Assembly (NCBI GenBank): GCA_010093705.1
Contig: MU006105.1
Coordinates: 611,373 to 633,632 of the forward strand
Direction of reading: 5' to 3'
Length of the DNA: 22,260 nt
From: Patellaria atrata CBS 101060
Taxonomy: Eukaryota
A program made the position numbers and the translations under genes. The stretch's first letter is position 1. Each line of letters starts with the position of its first letter. Positions 1 through 10,639 of the stretch are shown here, in pieces. Below the pieces are notes generated by a model, which ran no database searches, was not told the DNA's origin, and saw only the letters and a program-made list of their open reading frames with translations.

Positions 1-1167
1 TGAGTAAAATTTAACCAGTTATGTACATAATATTATTTCTGGAGAATGAAGGCCAAGTCTTGATTCTAATTGACTGAGAATGATTGGGTTAGAAGATTGG
101 AAATCCTATCATAGCTCAAGATCTATAGCAGTGAGCTTCGTCCTCCGCCTTCTTATCACGGCCCCAAATCTAAACCCAATGGGACACAATCCTACACAAT
201 ATATGAGTGTTAAATCCCGTTCTGTTTGACCACTTCCAGATCCCCTCTACGGCCCAATCCGCCATACTCACCCCACCTACTCCATTCCAAGGCCACTTCT
301 CAGCAACACAAACGCAAATACACATCGATACTTCCCCTTCCACCACCCGACCACGCCTCAGCTCAACTCATCTGACACAACCTGTCCACTTTTTCCCCAC
401 CTACCCTACCTTACACGGTATATAACCCCCTTCCTCTCTTTCCTCTTCTATCTCAGACTCCGCAACTCCCGGTGCTTAGAATGCTTGTCCGGAAGAGGGT
501 GGGCGGCAGAAAGGGGGAAAGCAGTGGAATCAGTCGGTAGAGGTGACTATGATGATAACTTTATTTATCATCAGCACTTTGAAATTATTATACTTCTACG
601 ACCAAGTAGACCATCACCATTCCGAAATAAAGATATGTAGAAAGTATATTCGATTTCCAACATCCAGTTCCCCAATGTTTCCTTTTGTCGGATAGAAACA
701 AACCCTAAACACCAAGCAATAGTGAATGAACTGTTAACCGCCTGAAAGCACCAGATCTTCTATCCGACGCTTCTAGTTGTGTTAATGTAAGCTGTTAGTT
801 CCATTCAATACTCACGGTTAAGTATTCTCCCGTTTATGGGAGTGGCAGTCACCTGTTGCATGAATAAGAGAAGGATCAAAGATCTTCTGATCGTATTTCT
901 GCTAGATCCTCCATATTTTAGGAATGAGCCGGTACCGCATCTTGCGCTCATAATTGCCCCATCAATATACCCCTCCGCCTTTCTCTCGATCTTTTTTTTT
1001 CGACATTTACACCCAGAGGCTAGACCTAGTGATTGAATACACTCAGGTATGAGCTAAGATAGTAGGTAGAAGGGAAAGAATGTTCAATTGTTGTCCACTA
1101 TCTGGAGCGGGCGCCTGTGTCTTATCTTATAGTATTGCCTGCTCAACCACCTCACTTATCCTAGTCC

Positions 1168-1204
1168 CCAACCATCTGATATCCAGCCATCTGATATCCA
1201 ACCA
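1168..1204. repeat. 15-bp tandem repeat CCA(A/G)CCATCTGATAT, about 2.5 copies
   Basis: The sequence reads ccaaccatctgatat ccagccatctgatat ccaacca. Confidence 0.85.
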
Positions 1205-2415
1205 CCTTGCGTGACGCTCAATTTCACCACCTAGACATCTTTAACGTAACCGGCCCGGTTGGTGATTTGTTGGGGGAATCTCAACGAATGAATCCAACCA
1301 CTACGCTGCGTTTCGAATAATTCCAGAGGTGTCTCTCTGCTAGATCGGAAAGTGGAGAGAAGGATATTATGGCGACAATGTTGGTGAGCGTATCATAATA
1401 TCAACTATCATCATGATCAGATTACGGGGAGTATTATAAGCTGGGTTCGAGACGAAGAGACCGGTGATGAAGGCTATGTGGCCCATATGGCACCCCGTAA
1501 CAGGTGTTCCTAAGTTTTCACCGCTCACGCAAATCAAATGCGTTTAGTGAACTTCCGAAGGTATATGCCGGTCACGAAATTGAATAGTGTGTAGAATCTA
1601 TGGCAGGAAAGAATGTATCGGGAGTGAAGAAGGGGTGGAGAACATACTATTGAACATATTCAGCTATGGTTTATTAAAACAGATATGATAAGGAGCCCAC
1701 CAGGTAGACAATTGCATGGACCTCATTAGGGAATCACAGAACAGTGGTAATGCGCAAGCGGGTTTGTGAATGTATTCGAGAACTACAGGGGCTGATTTTC
1801 CTAAGAAAGATTGAGTGCGAGATATTCATTTGGTTTTACCATTGAAGCTAGTACACACATTCAACGTACCAGACCATCAGATGACTTTCCTCTAAAGCAG
1901 GTAAAGATATACAACGGCGTCGACGCGGTGCATGATCCTCTTTACACCGTTGAGTGTTTCAATGATCCTCCTTCGAATCCGTCGTATTCTTCCCCTTCAT
2001 GTTCTTTGAAGTTTTCCAGCAGTGCGTTTCGTAAGAATTGAGAGAGCAGGAGAGTTGCCTCTGAATCAACGTTTCGCCAATCGGTTATTGTTTCAGTAGA
2101 GAGACCAGGGGAGCAAAACAGCTGCTGTATGCGAATCATCCTCCGTGAATGCCTCTCATGTAGCTTATGCTTGGGAATAGGACGAGAGGCAGGTGAAGAG
2201 CAGACCGGGATGTCTAAAACTCGAGTGTGAAAAATCTGTATAATAAATGAGGAGAGCATCAGAAGATCTTGAAGTATCCCATGGCGCGGAAGTATTCCCA
2301 AAGATGCGGACTTGATATGGGCGCATGAGAAGCTAAAAGAGCACATGCTCCCTTCTGCGGGCCATTTTACCCCTGATGTCATATTTTATCATACCCCTGT
2401 CGTATTTCTAGCGCG

Positions 2416-2990
2416 TATATAGATTCTTTCCTTCTCTTTCCTTTCTCCATCTTTCCACATCCTAAACCCAAATTGGATTTGCAACGAATCTACTCCTTCA
2501 TTTTGGTAATAAGTAATTGATTCCTGGAGAGAGAATCACTGCACTCAGTAGGAACTCATTTCTCCAGCAGGTACGTGTCAAATCCGGTGGTGATGATCAT
2601 CATCTGAAGCATATCACGCAAGTCCTCATTGTACCTTACAAACAAACAATGGAGATTCGTGTCCTCTCGCGAGCCAACCCACAGTTACATTACTACAATT
2701 CGCATCTGAACACTTTGTCATCTGAGTCAAAGATGTCTCTGATCTACAAATGGGTTACTATCGACACATGATGAATATATCAGTTGAACAACTTCCTAAC
2801 TACCAATAGTGGCTTAGGAAGTGTTGACTTCCTCGATGAGTTCGATAAAACTTCACTAGGAATCTTAACTCATTACTCTCCTCTGCGATATAGGTATAAC
2901 CTTATTTCACGGCACTTTTGGACATGACTGACAGGCCGCAGAGGACTACTTCGAGATCCCAAAACGCCGGTGAATGCAATATTTTGAGAT
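2416..2990 (+). other. Putative spliced locus without a clear long ORF
   Basis: TATATAG at 2416 is followed by a ~40-nt CT tract. Splice signals are CAG|GTACGT at 2571, an acceptor CCTAAC..TAG ending 2809 and a 48-nt intron at 2894-2941 (GTATAA..ACTGAC..CAG). Confidence 0.3.
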
Positions 2991-3066
2991 AGCAGTTTTA
3001 ATTAAGGGGAGTAGAGGTCGAGAGATGCAACAAGGGAAAGCATGTTTGAGGATGATGCTCATACTT

Positions 3067-3076
3067 GATGATGATA

Positions 3077-3127
<51 letters not shown>

Positions 3128-3138
3128 GTGATGGTGAT
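3067..3138. repeat. (GAT)n trinucleotide microsatellite, 20 units including one AAT variant, followed by GGTGATGGTGAT
   Basis: Directly visible in the sequence. Confidence 0.97.
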
Positions 3139-3930
3139 TCCGGGATGAAGATGGAGAATATTATTTGGTTGGTATCTTTGACACCGTTATTTAATATTAT
3201 CACTATCTGGTTGCTTTCTTTAATTCTGATGCATGCTCTATGTTATGAGACATCCAGCGTCCGACCCCCGAGATCAATTCATGTCCTTGGCCACCTCTTC
3301 CAACTGAGTTTCCGATATTTCAGCCTCCTATGGTAACTTAATGATCCAAATTAGAGAGCTAGGCAAAAGGGAAATTATACGCGAGTTGTAAGTCTTCCTT
3401 CCTCATCTCAGTGAAGGTGCGTGCGCAAGTGGCTTTAGCACTCGGTGGTAACAAACAAGGTCTTGGTTCGGTAAAGAATCATTAAGTTGATAAAACTACG
3501 TTTTTTTGTAGGATAAATTTGGAATAAATGACTGCTTCATGTCTCTTCGGCTTTGAAGGGCGGGTAGAGGGAATGAAGGGTGAGCTGTACATAGGGGTAA
3601 AAGGGGGGGAAAGGGTCGTGATGAAGTGATACCAATACCTACACTAAACGGTAATAAAGCATGGTCTGAAGAAGTAACCGGTCTAAGGTTGTAAATTTCA
3701 ACCATCTCGAGAGCCTCATATGCATGGTTGTCAAAAATGACAGAACTGCAGGCGGCCCGCTGGTTCCTCGTCCCGACCCGTCATGTGGCAGGAGTTTGTG
3801 GCTCAAGTGCAGTAATTGGTCAACATGCAAGGTACTAGCTCTCTTGCATCCGGACAGATCGATCAGGCTCTGCATACTTCCATGGTGCTAACCTAAATCG
3901 GATACTCGCGTAAACCCGCACTTCCATTAT

Positions 3931-5113
3931 TATATAAACTGCTTGCTCTCTTCTCTCTCCCACTTTCCTTTTCTCTCATACATCGTACACACAGGAGATG
4001 AAACGGCGTGTTTAGAGGTCCATTGATTCAGTTCCGCGTTGCGGCGGAAAAGTTCTCAGTTCCGTGCATTTTTATTCCTTTGGCTGTGGTGGTCGTTTCA
4101 AATGGCCACTCTTGGAGTGTCCATGTTTAGGTAAGAATATTGAATGAAAAGCCCCACCATCACTGAAAGATGAATGGAAATACCATGCTAACATACTATC
4201 CTTCCTATTTTAGGGCATCTCCGGCCATCCTAGCCAATTGCGCAGTATGATGGCGGCAGAGATTCGTCCAACTCAGTCATCACCGTCCAAAGTCGTAGTC
4301 TGGAGAGGAAGAAAACCAAAAGCGCTTCGAAGGTGCGGCTGCCTGGCGCTGTGAAATGAGAATACCTTAGAATCGCCTGGTATGCTGGCTGTATGCCAAC
4401 GCCGACGTGGTTTCATTCAAAAGTGGAAACAATTCAAAGACCATTACCGCCTCCTACTCCCTGGAGGAGTTCAGTAAGTTTTTGGATCGGAATGACTGGT
4501 AAGTCAGCAAAGATCTCGATTGCAACTTGCCTCTAGACATACAGCAACCCCTTCGAGCCTTGCGTCTCGGACAATTATAGCTTCATTTCTGTCCCCTACA
4601 ACATCCTCACATTTCCTTCCTTTGCAAGCCCGGGCTCTAACATACACAACTAGGACCCTCCTTTCATCTTGATTATCTCCTCGTCGCTAAGATGATGCCC
4701 ACTCCATACACGCTGATGCCGGGCGGTACTAAGAAGTCATGCCCTCGACACAACATGTAAGTTTCCGAATTCGTCTCTTTTTCCTTGACCGATGTTCTTC
4801 AAGTCCCTTATATAACTGCCAGTCCTAGTTCTCCTTCTTGACTTCTTCTTTCGTATTGGACACATGCTGACAGAGTTTCATATCCCTAGGAATCACCAAC
4901 AGAGCCATTGCTGGGTGGAAATTGTGTCGCAATAAAGGAATCGTGCGTGAGATTGGGCTTCATTTATGGAGGACTGTGCGGGAAGCGAACATGACAGAAC
5001 CCATGAGCCCTGGGCTCGAGATTGACGGAACCAGGACTTTGATGGTTGAATCCAGTGATGGAGCTCATTATCGTAGAGAATATATGAAGTGTATCATCAC
5101 ACGCAAACCATGA
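3931..5113 (+). other. Putative spliced transcription unit (pseudogene, lncRNA or microprotein gene) with introns 4131-4213, 4499-4653 and 4757-4889
   Basis: TATATAAA at 3931 is followed by a CT tract. The three introns have strong donors (GTAAGA, GTAAGT, GTAAGT), branch sites (GCTAAC, TCTAAC, GCTGAC) and TAG acceptors. The longest spliced ORF I found is 84 aa, from 4393 to 4935. Confidence 0.5.
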
Positions 5114-5639
5114 ACTTCATCGTCGGTTTCAAACAGTGACATCCAGTAACCTCATAACAACATCCTTTTCCATTTTCCATCTGCCTTGCGAGAAATTATA
5201 CACAACCACCCGTCCGTAAGCGTTCGTCCCTCCGACTGCGGAGCTCGAGAATAGTTTGAGATAGAAAATACGACGGGATTTAGCACCAGACAACCAGAAT
5301 TCTAACTAGTTTCGTTCAACAGCGCACACTCGCAAAGTTAGTAGAGACATTGCTCATTCCAGATTCCTCTTAGAGAAGAACTCAGTTTATATGCCCACTC
5401 TCCTATCCAAAAGTCAACAGGTCTCGTAGACACGCTGGTCAGCTGATTGTCGCATCTGTCTCCTCTGTTGGCAGTGCCTGAGCGTACTCAGGAGAATATA
5501 TTTACTTCCATTATCTGCGCTGTGATGCGGTCATATTTGCGGCATGGTGATTGAGCTAACTCGAAGGGCTATGCTATGGCATCTATATGAAAGCATCTCT
5601 GCTCTTATGTTCTCTTCTTTTCCTTTATCTTCAGCCGTC

Positions 5640-5960
5640 AAAGAAACAGGAACCTTTTTTTTTATTCCATTATATTGTATTATCTACAATACTGCGCATG
5701 CAGCCTTTAAGCTATGGCGCAACTCCCTATATAAATAAATCCCTTTTCAGGGCCCTTATATGCTTCGTGAAGTCTTCAGTAGTTTAACCCACTGGTAATT
5801 TATATGTAAAGGAAAACCATTACGTTTAAACTCCATATAAAGGAAATTGTTAGAAAACCGTCTTTCTTCCTCTTCACCATCTCTTTTCTAATTTCCATTT
5901 CTATGCCATACATCTTGTTATCTTCTGTAGAATCTATGCTTCTACTCTATCTATTTAGTC
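5640..5960 (-). pseudogene. AT-rich, TpA-rich segment, possible RIP-degraded coding or transposon relic
   Basis: AT and TpA content appear locally raised by eye. One minus frame reads RKTVF*QFPLYGV*T*WFSFTYKLPVG*TTEDFTKHIRALKRDLFI*GVAP*LKGCMRSIVDNTI*WN, and every stop in that stretch is TAA or TAG (CAA/CAG + C>T). Confidence 0.3.
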
Positions 5961-6457
5961 ATACTGTACTTTAGCGGAACAGCATATGCTGTCTCAACAC
6001 TTTCTTTCCTTAAGTTTAAGCTTCGTGTACATGTAGCAATATACCTTGCAGCTTCCATCTGAGGTTGAGCCTTGACATGCAGATCCAATGATCTCTGTTA
6101 ATTGTACAGTTAACCCGTAAGTAAAAATGACAGTTCTCAGTACAGATTCAGTTCTACTGTATGACACTATTGACAAGTTCTTACCCTGTCAAAGTGAGTG
6201 TACTCTATGGGAGGAGGTTTAGTTTATGGTTTCGAACACGGTATTGGTAATATACTATCCATGCATATAGTCTAGATAGTTCCTGTCATATATATCAACG
6301 CTAGCTTCCCGTACACCGCGCTGTTACATGCCCCTGAGATGTTCCTTCCCTTCCATTGTACCAATCAGCTCATCGCTTATTACTACACCTCCCTTATCCA
6401 ACCAACTCTGATGTCTGCATGACGTTTGTTAAAGTCTCTTGGTTCCTTTGTAACCCC

Positions 6458-7206
6458 TATATATCCTCCGTCCCTCCTCTTTTCCTTTCCACCTTCTTTT
6501 CTCCCAACACACACATCAGTGACGGAAGTCAGTTCTATGTATTGCGTTCTATTGGGAGAATTGCAATTTCTTTGCATTCAAGTTCATTGTCGGAGCTGTG
6601 AGACTAGGACGGTACGTACAAGACATTCTGTTGTCATTTTCTCCTCGAGAATCCCCCAAATGACGATGATAGTATTACCGCTTGCAGTGGTACCTTTCAT
6701 CACCGCACAAACTTGTCCACCTCCATGTAAACCTTCATGTATTCATTCATATCATATAGAGACCATTCTCATCGCACTTCAATGATGTACAGCTCTCTAA
6801 CAGTTCCGTAGACGGAGCCTTAGCTCGCCTATTATGTGTCCGATAATTATGGACACGTCTACCCTTTGCCGACTCACCCTTGGAAGCCATTTTCTGCCGT
6901 CAATTCTAGTTGAACAATATAATTCTGGGTGCCCCCAAGCTCGTATTGGATATCACATCCTAAGAAAAGGTAACTCCCAGCAAGCTCCTCATTCTCATTA
7001 GTATTCATTCTGACTTGAACTAGTGGAGTACGATATGACCCTGCTTTCCCCTCGCCAGGGAATTCCCTCCTCCTATCCCAAGAGAAGTTCTGGTCGAGTT
7101 GAAGATCACGGACTACTTCTTCGACCATGAAGGAGATGATTTACTTGGCGTGCTGGACGAGTCCGACCCTGTTCGCTCTATTGTGGAGGAGCGATTTGGC
7201 CTCTAA
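6458..7206 (+). other. Putative spliced locus with short or broken coding frames (possible pseudogene)
   Basis: TATATAT at 6458 is followed by a CT tract. There is a donor GTACGT at 6612, an acceptor CTAAC..TAG ending 6811, and an intron at 6970-7023 (GTAACT..CTGAC..TAG). The spliced ORF 6834-7130 is 80 aa and overlaps a protein-like frame ending at 7206. Confidence 0.4.
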
Positions 7207-7432
7207 CGACATCATTTCTATCAATTTCGCCGTAAGGAGATGTATGAACACGAGACACAACCATAGACAACGCACATAAGAACACAATGGCAGACTCTTC
7301 GACTGTAACCACATCTATCCACCACCGTATAATGACTCCGAACTCCCTATCAAGTCCATCCAATATGCATCAAGTGAAACTCCACTAAAGCCCACTATCC
7401 AAGACTCCAGAACTCCATTCCAAACACCCATC

Positions 7433-7793
7433 CTACTCACCCCCCACCTTCAACAGAGTCATCGTCTTCTTCACAGTCCCGAAACCCTCCGACTTCTTCC
7501 CCAAGCTCACAGTGCACCACTTCGGAGGGCCAATATCATGCTTCTCCTCGCGCGGTTCAAACACCTGCACGATCTTCCGGTTGACAAAACACTCCGGATC
7601 AAAGTCGAACACCACGGTGCTCTCCCAGATAACCCGGGCCTCGACTGCGACTCGTTAGCACTGTATCCAGCTTACAGACATGCGTGGGAAGAGAGGAAGG
7701 GGGTCAGAAGGGCGGATGTGGTTTTGAGATGGGAAAAGGGGGGGGGGAGGTACTTTCTTTGCCCTCGACGACGCGGGAGGAATTGTTGCCCAT
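7433..7793 (-). CDS. Putative small 2-exon protein, 83 aa (MGNNSSRVVEGKEIEARVIWESTVVFDFDPECFVNRKIVQVFEPREEKHDIGPPKWCTVSLGKKSEGFGTVKKTMTLLKVGGE). Exons 7754-7793 and 7433-7644
   Basis: The start context is strong (GCAAAAATGG). Intron 7645-7753 (GTACCT..GCTAAC..CAG) joins two ORF-track ORFs in phase. There is a further upstream acceptor (GCTAAC..CAG at 7839). The strand skew (C-rich 5', G-rich 3') resembles that of the CUE1 gene. Confidence 0.45.
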
Positions 7794-8992
7794 TTTTGCG
7801 GCGTGAGACTTGTTCACGGATGACGGGGGAGTCGGAGACTGTACAGTTCGGTTAGCAGGGAAGTTGTTTGCATGGTACGAGAGCGCAGGGGAATTGTACT
7901 GTAGAGGGACGGGAAGGTGTGATGTGGAGAGAGAGGAAGAGATGCTCGATAGAGCTTTGTAAGGTTCGGTTTTTGAGAGCAAAAAGGACAGGTTGCGGTT
8001 GCGGTTGTGGTTGTGGGTAGCGGTTGTCTATTTGGGTGGAAAAGTTTGAGAGAGGTGGGTGCGGAGGTTTTATGTAGGGGGGTTGGGTGAGGGCCGTTTG
8101 TCGCTTGCGGAGTGGTTAGATGAAGGTGAATATGGAGATTGAAGGGCGTAATTGCATGCATAGAACCTCATGTGGGCAAGTGTGCGTTTGAAAGGAGAGC
8201 AGTAACTGCCGTTGCTATGGCAACGTGAGCGAGAAGGTCAAAGTACTTGAAAGAAGAAGACGTGTATGTGGTTCAAGCTAATGTTACTGCATTGATGAGA
8301 AGACTACTAAATAGATAGCAACGCATTCCAGTGTACCAAAGGCTTCCCCATCACAGTACCCAATCATACCACAAATTTCCTACACTGACGGACACGACAA
8401 TTGCAGAACTACTGATGTACATCACAAAGGAGGACACTCCAGATGCAAAACACCAAAACAAGAGAGATTATGATAATACACGCTCTCAGAACATAGCTGA
8501 TGTCGGAGGCTCGACCAGGAAGCAGCTGCGGCTCGATGTGCATGCCTGGAGAGCACGATTAGCATTGTGCATTACATTGGTAACGAATGACTTACCATTA
8601 TGCTTTAAATGTCTGTTATCGGGCCCCTCGACGCAACTATGAATACTCTTGTTGTGGGATTTCTCTGCAGGGGTATTGAGCTGCAGACTACTTAAGTGAC
8701 CGTATTCTAGAGAGACTACCAGGACAGGAATAGCGCGATGGAACGCTAGTGTCCAATTTGATGCGTTGTTCCTGGGTCTCTGGTTGAGTTCTCATAACAG
8801 TAATGGTATTAGTGATATGATGATCATTGCCTGCTTCAAGATCGTCATACTCTGAGGATGCACGACCGACCGTTGAACATCCTTACTAGGGCCGTTTTCA
8901 GAATTCCAAGCGCAAAGAAAACAGCAGTATGTCCAAGTACCAGATCCACCAAGCACTTGTGCTCGCACTCAGCAAGATCTCCGTTGCACATA

Positions 8993-9598
8993 CTAGTTCT
9001 CACTTTGTGCTGTAATCTGATTAAGCTACATTGTTAGCTTATTAGAACTCAAAGATTGAGGATAGGAAGATGATGGAGAACGGCATTAGAAAGAAGTGAT
9101 GAAGCTCATCAGCAAATTAGGGATTGGGACTTACATTGCTCATCTGAATGGCCAAACATCTGACAGACCAGATGCGAAGTGAAGAAATGAGAGCGTGGGA
9201 TGGATCTGGTATGCGTTGTTCTCCCAGCATTATCTTCTGCTGGATCGTTTCCGTGTTCATATCTGCCATGACACAGCGAAAATATGCTAAGGATCGAGAT
9301 TGGAGGCTCCGTTTAGAGTTGCGTGCTCCCGTGCTCCACAGGAGCTGGAAGTGAGAGAGAACGAGGGGAAGAAGGACAGTGCTACTCATCATCAGCTACA
9401 TTTCAATGCCTCCGTTTATTCACAATAAAGTCAAACACCATCACATCAAACAAAGACGGCCAAACTTACAATGAGCACTGAGCCCCCCTCCCCCCGTTCA
9501 CGAGACAGGTGTATGACTTCAAAATCGAAGTCGACCACAAAGGTCGACAGTGGGGCACTGACAAAAAAAAAATTGCGCCGGAGTGCTGAACAAACCAT
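8993..9598 (-). CDS. Putative orphan 3-exon protein, 123 aa (MVCSALRRNFFFV...QMSNLNQITAQSEN). Exons 9470-9598, 9135-9344, 8993-9025
   Basis: TATAAG at 9647-9652 and a CT tract lie upstream of AAGATGG. Introns 9345-9469 (GTAAGT..GCTGAT..pyrimidine tract..CAG) and 9026-9134 (GTAAGT..GCTAAC..TAG) are both phase 0 and keep one frame open. No recognisable domain. Confidence 0.45.
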
Positions 9599-10639
9599 CT
9601 TTTGCAAAGGAAAAAGGAGGAGAAGAAGGTGGGCGAAGAGCTTGTACTTATACCCGCCAGGTAGACGCGTGTGATCAAAACATTCGCCTATCTTGCTCAA
9701 CTGCATGCACTAGACTGCTATAGAACATGACTGAAGCTACAGGGGTGAGGTATCTGCTCATATCCTGACCGCTTCTTAGCCAATTTGGCCGGCAGTATGG
9801 CCGGCTGTGACACTGTTGGCTGACACTACGGTTGCTCTTGGGGGAAAAGGGACTCTACCTCGACGACATTATGTGATGAGGTACCCTCAATGAGAGCTCT
9901 ATGCCGGTATCTCTCACCCCATTGATGTCATTCTTTACTGCGGTTACCTTTAAAGTGGCCCTAATACAGCTGTACGCAATGAACTGGAATATAGGAAAGG
10001 CTACAGGTCTAATCGGCTGCTAAAACATGTCTTAAAGATGCATGAAGTCTTCAAATTTAACATCAAGCTAGTAGGCGTGCAGCAAATGTACACTACAGTA
10101 TCGGAGGATTGAGAGTCATCATAAAAGGAAGTGTTGAACCTCAGAACTGTCCGGATTGTAGCATTTTTATTGTCTTTTAGGCCACTGAGGGCATATGAAC
10201 GAAGATACAGCAGATCCACAGCAACGGATGATGACACCAGAGATCAATAACAAAGGGAATACAGTCTATATGAAGTTCACGGTGCCAAAACAACACGAGA
10301 GCTTTACCAAGTATATGAGGGTGGGATATCTTCATTATACGCACCTTAGCTGACATCCAGATCTCAATATTACCATTAGATTGCTTGAATTCAATCACCA
10401 TATCCATGTTACATGTATAGAATCATGCCCCTATACCTCTTCCATTATATGCTGTGCGCCTTCCCTCTGATAGTTTTCCATTATGCCCCCGATTACGCCC
10501 CGATGCACACCAGCCCTATATAGTATACAAACCTAACGCCAAAAGATGCCTCAAGTTTCGCAAAAGAACCTACACAGGAGAACAGGAACTTCATATATCA
10601 AGAAGACTATCCCGGAACAATGCGATCAGGGCCAAGGAT

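Noticed and set aside
773..815. Possible 43-nt minus-strand intron (GTGAGT..ACTAAC..TAG)
   Set aside because: It is very short and the flanking frames give only trivial peptides, so it is insufficient for a gene model.
1942..2382. 146-aa minus-strand ORF, the longest in the left region
   Set aside because: It has no recognisable domain and no supporting promoter or splice structure that I could establish. It cannot be excluded, but it is unsupported.
2946..3203. Poly-Ser ORF on the minus strand
   Set aside because: It is an artefact of the stop-free GAT/ATC microsatellite.
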